Shown piece by piece: positions 7,175-16,713 of a DNA stretch of 27,551 nucleotides (position 1 is its first letter; each line of letters starts with the position of its first letter). The stretch lies in the IMG/VR virus record IMGVR_UViG_3300012663_000495, positions 1 to 27,551 of that record; one strand, 5' to 3'. The translations under genes were made by a program, and so were the position numbers. The stretch comes from a virus (taxonomy: Duplodnaviria; Caudoviricetes). A model generated the notes under the pieces. That model had not been told where the DNA came from, did no database searches, and saw nothing but the letters and a program-made list of their open reading frames with translations.

Positions 7175-8409
7175 TGCCACTTAGTCCCGCACAACAAACA
7201 ATAGTAGAAAGCCCACAGCGATTTAAGGTAGTAGTTGCTGGCCGACGTTTTGGTAAAACACATCTAAGCATACGTGAACTCTGCTATCACGCACGTATTC
7301 CAGATAGAGAAATATGGTATGTGGCCCCTACGTATAGACAAGCCAAGATGATCACTTGGAAGAAACTACGTAAGAAGTTATTAGAACTTAAATGGGCACA
7401 GAAGATCAACGAAACAGAACTATCAATCCTACTTAAGAACGGTAGCACCATAAGCCTTAAAGGAGCAGACAACTATGATTCACTTAGAGGTATTGGCTTG
7501 GATTACTTGGTCATCGATGAATTTGCAGATATCGATCCTGAAGCATGGTATGAAACTCTTAGACCTACCCTGGCAGACAAACAAGGTGGTGCTTTATTCA
7601 TCGGAACCCCAAAAGGACTCAACTGGGCACACGATCTATATACGCAGGCGTTAGACTACCCTGAAGAATGGGCATCATTCCAATATACCACAATTGAAGG
7701 TGGCAATGTTGCACCAGAAGAAATAGAAGCAGCCAGACGCAGCCTAGATGAACGCACATTCCGCCAGGAGTTTATGGCAAGTTTTGAAACATTCAGTGGC
7801 CGTGTGTTCTATGCATTTGATCGTAAGTATAACCTTAGAGTGTGGGAAGATGCAATACCACAAGAACTACACATAGGCTGTGACTTTAACTTGGATCCCA
7901 TTACAGCAGTAGTGGCCATCAAGTTGGGCACAACACTACAGGTCATAGATGAAATAAAGATATTTGGGAGTAATACAGATGAATTGGTCGATGAAATTAA
8001 AACTAGATTTCCACAAAAAACTATTATTGTTTATCCAGACCCAGCAGGGGCTGCTAGAAAAACGTCGGCTGGCGGTAGAACAGACCATACAATCCTTAGA
8101 GCGGCAGGATTCACAGTAAAATCACCACATGGACACAATGCTGTGCGTGATGGAATCAACGCTGTTAATGCTAAACTACGCAGTTCTGCAGGTATTACAA
8201 GTCTCTATATAGACCCCAAGTGTAAATACGTTATTGAGTGTCTTGAGAAGCAGACATACAAAGAAGGCACCAGCATACCAGATAAGGATAGCGGGTTTGA
8301 TCATATGAACGATGCACTTAGATATATGACAGACTATCTATTCCCCATTAGGCAACCAATACAAAGACCTCCGGTTGCAACCTGGGGACATAAACTCGCT
8401 AGAGTATAA
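7174..8409 (+). CDS. terL: Terminase large subunit
   Basis: Walker A AGRRFGKT, Walker B LVIDE, GTP coupling motif, nuclease acidic motifs GCDFN and DHMNDALRY; TAATG overlap start. Confidence 0.95.
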   Translation: MPLSPAQQTIVESPQRFKVVVAGRRFGKTHLSIRELCYHARIPDREIWYVAPTYRQAKMITWKKLRKKLLELKWAQKINETELSILLKNGSTISLKGADNYDSLRGIGLDYLVIDEFADIDPEAWYETLRPTLADKQGGALFIGTPKGLNWAHDLYTQALDYPEEWASFQYTTIEGGNVAPEEIEAARRSLDERTFRQEFMASFETFSGRVFYAFDRKYNLRVWEDAIPQELHIGCDFNLDPITAVVAIKLGTTLQVIDEIKIFGSNTDELVDEIKTRFPQKTIIVYPDPAGAARKTSAGGRTDHTILRAAGFTVKSPHGHNAVRDGINAVNAKLRSSAGITSLYIDPKCKYVIECLEKQTYKEGTSIPDKDSGFDHMNDALRYMTDYLFPIRQPIQRPPVATWGHKLARV

Positions 8410-8423
8410 AGGACAATAAACAA

Positions 8424-9914
8424 ATGAGTAATCAAACCCTATTAGACGACTATAGAGCACTTAGTTCAACACACTGGCTTTATACAAGGAACCGTGACCG
8501 TTGGCAATTTCTATATGAATCATATGTAGGTGGTGAAGAATATCGTCGTGCTGGACACCTAACCAAATATGTGTTAGAAACAGAAGGTGAATACAATGCA
8601 CGTCTACAGAATACACCGTTAGACAATCACTGCCAAAGTGTTATTGCAACCTATATCAGTTTCCTATTCCGTGAAGAACCAGATCGTGAATTTGAATCTT
8701 GGGAAGGTCAACCTGATGTAGAAGACTTCCTTAAAGATGCAGACATGGAAGGTCGTAGTTTTGATGCATTTATGAAACAGGCCGCAGTATGGTCTAGCGT
8801 ATTTGGTCATGCTTGGGTATTGGTCACAAAGCCTTATGTAGGTGCTGACACACTGGGACAAGAACAAGCCATGGGCATTCGTCCATATGTTAACCTAGTA
8901 AGCCCATTGGTAGCCAGTGATTGGCGTTGGGAACGTAGCCCCAATGGCCGCTATGAATTGGCCTACTTCAAATATGTAGAAGAAGTTATTGACAAGATCA
9001 CTGTGATCAAAGAGTGGACCAAAGAGTCTATTAAAACTTGGGTCATGGATGATGTTAAGAAAGAAGCATATCTACAGTTAGAAGAAATCAACATGTTGGG
9101 CATGATCCCAGCAGTCCTAGTCTACAATCAGCGTGGCATTACCAAAGACATTGGTGTTAGTGATATCACTGACATTGCTGATCTACAGCGTCAAATCTAT
9201 AATCTAACAAGTGAGAATGAACAGGCTATTAGACTGGATGGACATCCTAGCCTAGTTGTTCCACCTACTGCACAATTGGGTTCAGGTGCTGGTGCCATTA
9301 TTCAATTGCAAGAAGGCAGTGATCCAGGACTTAATCCCTACTACTTAGAGTCGGGTGGAACCAGTGTTGGTAACATTCACACCAGCATTGACAAACTTAT
9401 TGAAGCCATTGATCGTATCAGTTTCACAGGTGGTGTGCGTAGCACAGTGACCAAGACTATGAGTGGTGTTGCTATGGAAACAGAATTCCAATTACTCAAC
9501 GCTAAACTAAGTGAAAAGGCTGATCAAATGGAAGTGGCTGAAGAACAGATATGGCGTCTGTTTGGCATCTATCAAGGACGTGAATGGGATGGTGAGATTG
9601 ACTATCCATCAAGTTTCAACGTGCGTGATACACAACGTGAGTTTGCACAGTTAGGACAGGCCCGAGCAGCCGCAACCGATCCTAGAGTATTCACAGTAAT
9701 CGATCATGAAATACTAGAGTTACTAGGTGAAGATCCATTGCTAGTCTTAGGCACCTCTGAATACTTGCCACCCGCACAGATACCTGCTGAAGAGCCATTT
9801 GAGCCACACACTATGATTGACCTTGCAACAGGTAAAGAATACATTGCCCGCACAGAACAAGAGCACTTAGATTATGCAGCCATGGGCTATGTTCACAAAC
9901 AAGAGGAATATTAA
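8424..9914 (+). CDS. Portal protein
   Basis: Follows terL; 496 aa; acidic and helical; SGVA motif as in SPP1-like portals. Confidence 0.88.
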   Translation: MSNQTLLDDYRALSSTHWLYTRNRDRWQFLYESYVGGEEYRRAGHLTKYVLETEGEYNARLQNTPLDNHCQSVIATYISFLFREEPDREFESWEGQPDVEDFLKDADMEGRSFDAFMKQAAVWSSVFGHAWVLVTKPYVGADTLGQEQAMGIRPYVNLVSPLVASDWRWERSPNGRYELAYFKYVEEVIDKITVIKEWTKESIKTWVMDDVKKEAYLQLEEINMLGMIPAVLVYNQRGITKDIGVSDITDIADLQRQIYNLTSENEQAIRLDGHPSLVVPPTAQLGSGAGAIIQLQEGSDPGLNPYYLESGGTSVGNIHTSIDKLIEAIDRISFTGGVRSTVTKTMSGVAMETEFQLLNAKLSEKADQMEVAEEQIWRLFGIYQGREWDGEIDYPSSFNVRDTQREFAQLGQARAAATDPRVFTVIDHEILELLGEDPLLVLGTSEYLPPAQIPAEEPFEPHTMIDLATGKEYIARTEQEHLDYAAMGYVHKQEEY

Positions 9915-9915
9915 T

Positions 9916-9993
9916 ATGTCAAACCCATTACCAGTCCGCGGCATGAGAACTGCCAAGAACAAAAAGAAATATCCTAAGCCACCAAAGAAATAA
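9916..9993 (+). CDS. 25-aa basic peptide MSNPLPVRGMRTAKNKKKYPKPPKK (not in track)
   Basis: GAGGA RBS; 1-nt spacing from both neighbours. Confidence 0.6.
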   Translation: MSNPLPVRGMRTAKNKKKYPKPPKK

Positions 9994-9994
9994 C

Positions 9995-10141
9995 ATGCCT
10001 ATACACAAAGCAACAGGCCCTAAGGGCGGCAAAGGTTATCAATATGGCACACATGGTAAGGTATATCCTACCCGTGCCCAAGCAGTGAAACAGGCACAGG
10101 CCATCAAAGCCAGTCAGGCTGCGGCAAAGAAGAAGAAATAA
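9995..10141 (+). CDS. 48-aa basic peptide MPIHKATGPKGGKGYQYG...AAAKKKK (not in track)
   Basis: Tight packing; Lys/Ala/Gly-rich with no acidic residues. Confidence 0.7.
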   Translation: MPIHKATGPKGGKGYQYGTHGKVYPTRAQAVKQAQAIKASQAAAKKKK

Positions 10142-10172
10142 CTGCAATATATAATGGTAATATTACTCGTTG

Positions 10173-10204
10173 AGTAAATAACCGTATGGGTGGCTTGCCA
10201 CCTA
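10173..10204 (+). promoter_or_regulatory. AGTAAATA promoter plus 5' hairpin of the scaffold/capsid transcript
   Basis: Intergenic motif followed by GGTGG-CTTG-CCACC. Confidence 0.6.
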
Positions 10205-10240
10205 AGAAACAACTAACTCTGAAAGGGAGGTGAGGCTACG

Positions 10241-10909
10241 ATGTCCGACAATACATTGGCTGGTGATGATACTGATTCATCCTTAAACACAAATCAGGTA
10301 ACAGAGAAAACCTATACACAGAAAGAAGTAGACGATATGATGGCACGCACCAAAAGTGCAGTCCAAAAGCGTGTTGCTTCAAAGTATGAAGACCTAGGCG
10401 ATCCTGAAGAACTTCGTCAATTGAAAGCAGATTACGAACAACGCAAGTTGGAAGAACAAAAGAAGCGTGGAGAATTTGATTCTATTATCGCTAACTTGGC
10501 TGCTAAGAAAGATGAAGAAATACGTAAACGTGATGAGATTATAAGAAATTATACTGTGGATCTTCCATTGGTTAATGCGGCTGCTCAATATGGTTCTGTG
10601 AACCCTAGTCAAGTAAAAGCATTGTTAAAGTCTAATGTAAGAATCGGCGAAAGTGGAGACGTTGAAGTGCTTGATGAAAAAGGCACAGTCAGATATTCAG
10701 ACAAGGGCCAACCTTTCAGAGTAGAGGACTTAGTCAAAGAATTTTTGGATACCAATCCCCACTTTAAGGCCGCTGGTCCTAGCACCACACAGTCAAAGAG
10801 TAATGTAAGCCAGTCACGAGAAAAACTAGATATAACCAAACTAGACATGAAAAACCCAGCAGACAGAAAACTATATGCGGAATACCGCAAGACTGCTGGA
10901 ATAGCCTAA
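10241..10909 (+). CDS. Capsid scaffolding protein
   Basis: KTYTQKEVD motif, charged coiled coil, directly upstream of the capsid gene. Confidence 0.85.
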   Translation: MSDNTLAGDDTDSSLNTNQVTEKTYTQKEVDDMMARTKSAVQKRVASKYEDLGDPEELRQLKADYEQRKLEEQKKRGEFDSIIANLAAKKDEEIRKRDEIIRNYTVDLPLVNAAAQYGSVNPSQVKALLKSNVRIGESGDVEVLDEKGTVRYSDKGQPFRVEDLVKEFLDTNPHFKAAGPSTTQSKSNVSQSREKLDITKLDMKNPADRKLYAEYRKTAGIA

Positions 10910-10928
10910 CAAATTAAGGAGAATTATT

Positions 10929-11789
10929 ATGGCTGGATCTACAATGACAACCCTAAATGACCTATTGCCAACTATTGTGCAAGAGGCATTATTCGTAGCA
11001 AGCGAACGCAGTATCATGCGTGGTCTTGTAAAAAATTATACTTTGGCCCCAAGCCAAGGTAAGACAATTCAAGTTCCAATTTACCCACGTCAAACTGCTG
11101 CCGCAGTGACAGAAGGTGATGAAGTAACTAACACCGCTGTGTCTACTGACGTTGCAACATTTGATGTTGCTCAAGTTGGTCTACGCACATTGGTAACTGA
11201 CATGGCTATCAACGCCAGTGCCAGCAACGTAGTAAGTGACTTAGGTCGTTTATTCGGTGAAGCAATTGCTACCAAAATGGACCAAGACTTGATCGCCAAG
11301 TTCAGTGGTTTCACAACCAACACCGTTGGTAACACCAGCACTGTTGTTACTCCAGCATTGTTGATGCAAGCCATCACCAAGTTGAAGAACAACGCTGTTC
11401 CAAGCGATGGTTTAGTAATGGTTCTACACCCAAGTATCGCTTATGACCTAAAGGCTAGTTTAACAACTACTGGCAACACTGCTTTTGCGGCTGGTGCATT
11501 TGGTCCTACTGCTAACGAAGCAATGCAAATGGGCTATGTTGGTCAATTGTTTGGTGTTCCAGTATTTGAAACATCTAACTTCTCCAACACTGGTGCCGCT
11601 GGTGACTACGTTGGTGGTGTATTCCATCGTGACGCTTTAGGCCTTGGCATTATGCGTGACATTCAGATCGAAACACAAAGACGTGCTTCTTATCTAGGCA
11701 CAGACATCGTTGCTTCCGCAATGTATGGAACTGGTGTCGTTTACGAAGGTTATGGCTGTGCCGCAACTTTCGACTCTAGCGTTCTTTAA
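10929..11789 (+). CDS. Major capsid protein (HK97 fold)
   Basis: GKTIQVP, VTEG, GQLFGVPVFET, DIVASAMYG; strong RBS; synteny. Confidence 0.9.
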   Translation: MAGSTMTTLNDLLPTIVQEALFVASERSIMRGLVKNYTLAPSQGKTIQVPIYPRQTAAAVTEGDEVTNTAVSTDVATFDVAQVGLRTLVTDMAINASASNVVSDLGRLFGEAIATKMDQDLIAKFSGFTTNTVGNTSTVVTPALLMQAITKLKNNAVPSDGLVMVLHPSIAYDLKASLTTTGNTAFAAGAFGPTANEAMQMGYVGQLFGVPVFETSNFSNTGAAGDYVGGVFHRDALGLGIMRDIQIETQRRASYLGTDIVASAMYGTGVVYEGYGCAATFDSSVL

Positions 11790-11810
11790 TCTAGTATAAG
11801 GAGATCAGCG

Positions 11811-12338
11811 ATGGCTTTTATTTTATCAAATGGCAATGTAGTAGCATTTGCAGAATATGAAGATGTTACTGCCTGCGATCAAAGGCTTTTCGAAGCCAAC
11901 GAAGGCATCGCTGTCGACGTCACTGTAGAAGATTTAACCACCAAGGCTACTGCACGTATCCTACAGTTAATTCGTAATACAAGTTGGTGGAGACGCTACT
12001 ATCTAAGCGAAACTAATGATGCAGGCAGATTGGCTGCTCAAACTCGTTCAACACCTGATGTTCCACTACCCGTTGGTGCGAAGATCAAAGTGCGTAGAGC
12101 CGATTTTACTGACCTATGCGTTTATTTTACCCTGTATGAATATTTGTTACCACGAGTAGCAGACTTTTCAGCACAGGACAACGCAGAAGTTCAGAAGATT
12201 GGAGTTTACAGAACCAAGTTTGATCAGTTATTTCGTGAACTTATTGATGATGGCACTTGGTATGACTTTGATGGTGATGGAACAGTATCCACACTTGAGA
12301 AGATGCCAACACGTCAGAATCTAGTGAGAGCAAGATGA
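11811..12338 (+). CDS. Head-tail adaptor/connector
   Basis: Position after the capsid gene, size, C-terminal YDFDGDG. Confidence 0.6.
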   Translation: MAFILSNGNVVAFAEYEDVTACDQRLFEANEGIAVDVTVEDLTTKATARILQLIRNTSWWRRYYLSETNDAGRLAAQTRSTPDVPLPVGAKIKVRRADFTDLCVYFTLYEYLLPRVADFSAQDNAEVQKIGVYRTKFDQLFRELIDDGTWYDFDGDGTVSTLEKMPTRQNLVRAR

Positions 12339-12730
12339 GATCAGAATTACTCACAGCAGTAACCACAGCGATCAGCACACTTACCCAGTTTGCTGTTAGC
12401 CTGGAATTGCCTTGGGAACAAAATGGTCAACCCCTGTTCCGTAAGAATATGAAAAAGATCTACTTTGATCGTGATGTCCTTGAGGAAACAACATTATTAC
12501 CTACCCTGGATAATACTGATGTTATGCAAAATGATCTCATAGTCACAGCATACTTGGCCGTGGATGCTAAAAACACTCCTAGTCAATTAGATGGTGCAAT
12601 CTCAAAAATATTGGGTGCAAAGGATTCAGTCAGTCTAGTCAACTTCGGATTCGAAAGCGATTATACTGTGGATAAAGATGAAGACGTTCTTGTCTATACT
12701 TTCGAGTTTAGAATGAACACAATTAAATAA
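12335..12730 (+). CDS. Tail terminator-like protein
   Basis: Acidic 131 aa just before the major tail gene. Confidence 0.5.
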   Translation: MRSELLTAVTTAISTLTQFAVSLELPWEQNGQPLFRKNMKKIYFDRDVLEETTLLPTLDNTDVMQNDLIVTAYLAVDAKNTPSQLDGAISKILGAKDSVSLVNFGFESDYTVDKDEDVLVYTFEFRMNTIK

Positions 12731-12744
12731 AAAGGAACAAGCAA

Positions 12745-13191
12745 ATGGCTTATATTAACGTATCAAGTCCTACAAGCAGAGCAGTCCTTCAGATCAGCAC
12801 AGCGACTATCGCGTCGACTAGCACTGGAGTAATTGTTCCTGCACTACAGGACATCACAATCAATAATGCAATGGGAACATTCAACTGGACACAGTTGGAT
12901 GAGTCGGCTCAATTGACAGTGGCAACACCTGCTACAAACAGTATTGCTGGTAACATTGTTGTAGATTCTACAACATTCTTTGCCGCAACTACTGGTTTAT
13001 TTGCTCTTAGCAACAACGCAACATTGGTATACTTCCGTGTATATTTCAATGGTGTTGGATCTGGAGCAAAGTATGTAAGTGGTCAAGGTTATATTACTAA
13101 CCTAGCACCTACTGTCAATCCAACAGCACCTGTTTGGGTAACACCAATTCAGATCAGTGTTGATGGAGCATTGGCTGCAAGTGCAGTTTAA
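12745..13191 (+). CDS. Major tail tube protein
   Basis: 148 aa, beta-rich (YVSGQGYITNLAP); followed by a terminator and chaperone genes. Confidence 0.75.
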   Translation: MAYINVSSPTSRAVLQISTATIASTSTGVIVPALQDITINNAMGTFNWTQLDESAQLTVATPATNSIAGNIVVDSTTFFAATTGLFALSNNATLVYFRVYFNGVGSGAKYVSGQGYITNLAPTVNPTAPVWVTPIQISVDGALAASAV

Positions 13192-13207
13192 TTAAACATT
13201 AAACAAG

Positions 13208-13235
13208 AAAAAGGCTCTTTGATGGGGCCTTTTTT
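13208..13235 (+). terminator. Intrinsic terminator
   Basis: AAAAAGGCTCT-ttgat-GGGGCCTTTTTT. Confidence 0.8.
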
Positions 13236-13242
13236 CTTATCA

Positions 13243-13250
13243 AGTAAATA
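13243..13250 (+). promoter_or_regulatory. AGTAAATA promoter for the tail assembly operon
   Basis: Directly after the terminator and before the GGAGGT RBS. Confidence 0.6.
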
Positions 13251-13268
13251 CAATGGAGGTTAATAGAT

Positions 13269-13439
13269 ATGATAGATTTAGAAGATTTGACAAGTAAAGA
13301 TTTGTTGGAAAGTCTTGAGGCAGAAGTTGCCAAGAGTCTAAATGAACTAGCCCACGCTCGTGGTGACCTAGACAAGATTAATGGACGTTTGAGATTTGCT
13401 CTAGCGGCCATTCACATATTAAAAGGTAAAAAGGAATAA
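13269..13439 (+). CDS. 56-aa coiled-coil protein MIDLEDLTSKDLLESLEAEVAK...KGKKE (not in track)
   Basis: GGAGGT RBS; fills the gap. Confidence 0.75.
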   Translation: MIDLEDLTSKDLLESLEAEVAKSLNELAHARGDLDKINGRLRFALAAIHILKGKKE

Positions 13440-13443
13440 AGAT

Positions 13444-13743
13444 ATGAAGTTAACACAATTAGTAAAAGCCCCCCAGTTAGTAAAAATTATGCTTGATGAT
13501 GAAGAAGTCATCAAGGAGTTCGGCGAGAGTTTAGAATTCTGGGTATGGGATCGTCAACCAATCGACAAGTTTGTTAGGTTGGCCACAATGAAGAATGAAG
13601 ACTTTGGTGAGTTGGTCAAGGCTGTTAATGAAATGGTTCTTGATGAGGAAGGTAACAGTATTCTTAAGTCAGAGCAAGATACACTACCCACTAACATCAT
13701 GACCAAAGTCATTGGTAAGGTTGTAGAAACATTGGGAAAGTAA
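13444..13743 (+). CDS. Tail assembly chaperone (lambda gpG-like)
   Basis: Between tube and tape measure genes; ends G GGA AAG TAA. Confidence 0.8.
   Translation: MKLTQLVKAPQLVKIMLDDEEVIKEFGESLEFWVWDRQPIDKFVRLATMKNEDFGELVKAVNEMVLDEEGNSILKSEQDTLPTNIMTKVIGKVVETLGK
13734..13740 (+). other. -1 programmed ribosomal frameshift site GGGAAAG
   Basis: Same heptamer as lambda G/T; the -1 frame is open (VTQEAIDPDGIE) into 13776..13982. Confidence 0.85.
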
Positions 13744-13982
13744 CGCAAGAGGCTATTGATCCCGATGGTATTGAGATGAGTATGATTATGGCAGTGGACA
13801 CAATGGCCTCTAGATACGGGATGTTACCCAGTAGAGTGATGCAGGATGCAAACACATTTGACTTGGTAATAATGGACGCTGCCTTAGGTTATCAAAATTA
13901 TCTACGTGATAAAAATGATCCTAATCATATTCCCGATGTTTCTGAGGATGAATTACTTAGGATTAAGCAGGGGTTATTATGA
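13740..13982 (+). CDS. Frameshift extension of the tail chaperone (gpT-like)
   Basis: Open -1 frame from the slippery site; includes track ORF 13776..13982. Confidence 0.75.
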   Translation, partial: VTQEAIDPDGIEMSMIMAVDTMASRYGMLPSRVMQDANTFDLVIMDAALGYQNYLRDKNDPNHIPDVSEDELLRIKQGLL

Positions 13983-14272
13983 TATCAGTCACAGTAAGTG
14001 TTAAGAATACAATGGTCAAAGACCTACAGAAGAAAGCGGCGGCCCTGGCCAAGGTCCCTCAACAGGCCTATACTTTCTTCAAAGCACACACACCTATTGA
14101 CACTGGTAATGCACGTAGTAGAACCAGTTTGAACAAAGATACCATACATGCGGCTTATCCTTATGCTCGTAGATTAGATCAAGGATACAGTAAGCAGGCT
14201 CCAGATGGTATGAGTAAACCAACAGAAGCCTACGTCCAAAAGACAGTAGATCAAATAATAAGGAAGAAATAA
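13979..14272 (+). CDS. HK97 gp10-like tail completion protein
   Basis: TPIDTGNAR...YPYARRLDQGYSKQAPDGM motif. Confidence 0.75.
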   Translation: MISVTVSVKNTMVKDLQKKAAALAKVPQQAYTFFKAHTPIDTGNARSRTSLNKDTIHAAYPYARRLDQGYSKQAPDGMSKPTEAYVQKTVDQIIRKK

Positions 14273-14273
14273 T

Positions 14274-16712
14274 ATGGCTGATTTAACCTATGACATTAAG
14301 GTCAATGCCACAGATGCAGAACGTAATCTAAAAAATCTACAGACCAGTGTTGGTGGATTAAGCACAGCCTTTGACAAATTAAAAGTAGCCCTGGCCAGTA
14401 TTGCATTTGGTGCGGCAATTAATAATGCTCTACAGTATGCTGATGCTATCAGTGACCTAAGTGATGCTACTGGTATTGCAATTCAAAACATCATCGGCTT
14501 TGGTAAGGCTGTTCAAGCCAACGGTGGTGATAGTGAAACAGCACAAAAGGGTATTCTAAGATTAGTTCAGACCATAGGTGATGCGGCCAATGGTAGTCTA
14601 GAAGCACAAAATGCTTTTGCTGATGTTGGAGTAAGTCTAAGAGACCTACGCATGTTAAGTGAGCAGGATATTCTTGCCAAAGCCATCAAGGGTCTAGGTA
14701 ATATAACCAGTGCCAGTGAACAAGCAACATTAAAAGCCAAACTATTCGGTAAGGAATTCCGTAAGGTTGCTGTTGAAGATCTAGGTAATAGTTATGAAAT
14801 TGCCACACAAAAGAGTTTGGCCTACGCGGCTGCTGTAAAATCGGCTGCTGAAGTGCAGGATAGATTAGATGAAGCATCAGGTAATTTTAAGATTGCCCTA
14901 TTGGATGTTCTAAAACCAATTAGTGATCTTGCTAGAGATATCAGCACCAATATTGAAACAACAAAGAATTGGATCAAAGCATTATTGGCTATTGGTGCAG
15001 TGGTAGTTAGTTTTACATTGTTTGGTAGAATTGCCGCAGGACTACAAGCATTGTTTGTAAGCCTTGCCACTGCTGGTGAAACATTAGGTGCAGTATTTCT
15101 TAACATTGCAGTAAGGTTTAGTTCCTTTGGTGCAGGAGTAACCGCAGCCGGTGCATTTGTTCGCAGCCTAATTGCAGATTTCTTTGCATGGTTGGGTGTT
15201 ATGTCATCCAGCCTGGCTAGATTATTAGATCTAGTAGCCAAGTTAACTGGTTTAGGTGCTGTGTTTCAAAGTGTTGGTGCCATAATGGCGGGCGTTGGTG
15301 CTACATTGGTCTTATGGTGGGATGACATTACCAAAAGTATTGGCAATGCCTACGATAAAGCACTGGCATTCTTTGGTATTCAAAATAAAACAGCACCTGT
15401 TGCCCAAGGACCTAATGGTGGTGCAGGTCGTGGTGGCAATGCAGAAACCCTACGCTTACAACAACAGCAAGGTGAGGCCATGCGTAGAGAAGCAGAAGCC
15501 GCACGTGAAGTTGTTGATGCATTGGCCAAACGTCGTCAAGAAATTGAAAAGACTGCTAAAGCATTCCAATTATCAAATCAAGATCAAATTGCCGCAATTG
15601 ATTTAGATAGACGTCTAGTTGGTCAAAGTGAACAACTTGCTGAGATTGAAAAGGCTCGTGCTGAAATACAAAAGAGAACACGTGATGAAGTTCAAAAGTT
15701 ACGTGATGCCAAAGCCGCACTAAGCAAAGATGAACAAGGACTTGCTGGAACTTATGACAGTCAGATTTCTAAGGTTCAAGCACTAGGCAAGGCTGATGAA
15801 AAGAGATTAGTTGCCAGTATTACTGGTCTACAGTCAGTTAAGATGTTGGAAGAATTCCGCATTAAGAATCTTGAGAATATGGTTAAGGCCACTGAAGATG
15901 CTGAGAAGCGTAGTCTAGCACTAGGTGATGCACAAAGAGCAATTATAGGTCAACAAAAAGACATTGAATTCCAACGCAATACAATTGGTATGGGTGCAAT
16001 GGAAAAAGAAATTGCCAACATACAGGAAAATGCTCGTAAGGCCGCATTAGAAGCAGGTCGTGCCTATGCCCAGGCATTTGAAGACACTGGTGATGGTATG
16101 ACTCCAGCAAAGGCACAGGAGTTTGCTGATGGATTGGCTAAGATCACAGAAGGCTACAAAGCCATTGCTGAAGCACAGATTGCCAATCTAGAAGCCAGTA
16201 GAAGTTGGGAAGCAGGTTGGAAAGAAGCATTTAAGAATTATGTTGATGATGCCAGCAATGCGGCAAACACAGCCAAAGATATGTTCCAATCTATGACTAG
16301 CAATATGAATTCAGCATTGGACAAGTTTGTTGAAACAGGTAAACTTAACTTTAGTGACCTAGCACGTAGTATCATATTAGATCTATTAAAGATTCAATTG
16401 AAGAAAGCAGCCGCAGGATTTGTTGGTAGCCTATTTGGATTTGCCAATGGTGGTAGCCCTCAAGTAGGTGTCCCAAGTATTGTTGGTGAACGTGGTCCAG
16501 AATTATTTGTGCCTAATGTTGCAGGAAAGATTATTCCAAACAATCAACTTGGTAGTTTAGGTGGTGGCGGTGCTGTGGTTAACAATTATACCTACAATAA
16601 TAATGTTACTGCTATGGATGCCAAGAGTGTTGCACAGTTGTTCTATGATAATAGACATACAATGTTCGGAACAGTAGAAGCGGCTAAAAAAGAAATGCCA
16701 ATGAGGAGATAA
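14274..16712 (+). CDS. Tape measure protein
   Basis: 812 aa, Ala-rich and helical, with a central hydrophobic segment; lambda-like C-terminus (FVETGKLNFSDLARSII, FANGG, VGERGPELFVP). Confidence 0.93.
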   Translation: MADLTYDIKVNATDAERNLKNLQTSVGGLSTAFDKLKVALASIAFGAAINNALQYADAISDLSDATGIAIQNIIGFGKAVQANGGDSETAQKGILRLVQTIGDAANGSLEAQNAFADVGVSLRDLRMLSEQDILAKAIKGLGNITSASEQATLKAKLFGKEFRKVAVEDLGNSYEIATQKSLAYAAAVKSAAEVQDRLDEASGNFKIALLDVLKPISDLARDISTNIETTKNWIKALLAIGAVVVSFTLFGRIAAGLQALFVSLATAGETLGAVFLNIAVRFSSFGAGVTAAGAFVRSLIADFFAWLGVMSSSLARLLDLVAKLTGLGAVFQSVGAIMAGVGATLVLWWDDITKSIGNAYDKALAFFGIQNKTAPVAQGPNGGAGRGGNAETLRLQQQQGEAMRREAEAAREVVDALAKRRQEIEKTAKAFQLSNQDQIAAIDLDRRLVGQSEQLAEIEKARAEIQKRTRDEVQKLRDAKAALSKDEQGLAGTYDSQISKVQALGKADEKRLVASITGLQSVKMLEEFRIKNLENMVKATEDAEKRSLALGDAQRAIIGQQKDIEFQRNTIGMGAMEKEIANIQENARKAALEAGRAYAQAFEDTGDGMTPAKAQEFADGLAKITEGYKAIAEAQIANLEASRSWEAGWKEAFKNYVDDASNAANTAKDMFQSMTSNMNSALDKFVETGKLNFSDLARSIILDLLKIQLKKAAAGFVGSLFGFANGGSPQVGVPSIVGERGPELFVPNVAGKIIPNNQLGSLGGGGAVVNNYTYNNNVTAMDAKSVAQLFYDNRHTMFGTVEAAKKEMPMRR

Positions 16713-16713
16713 T

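Noticed and set aside
8223-8228. TAAATA inside terL
   Set aside because: Explained by Cys-Lys-Tyr codons and far from any start codon.
15295-15606. Nested ORF in the tape measure gene
   Set aside because: Alternative frame with no RBS or motif.
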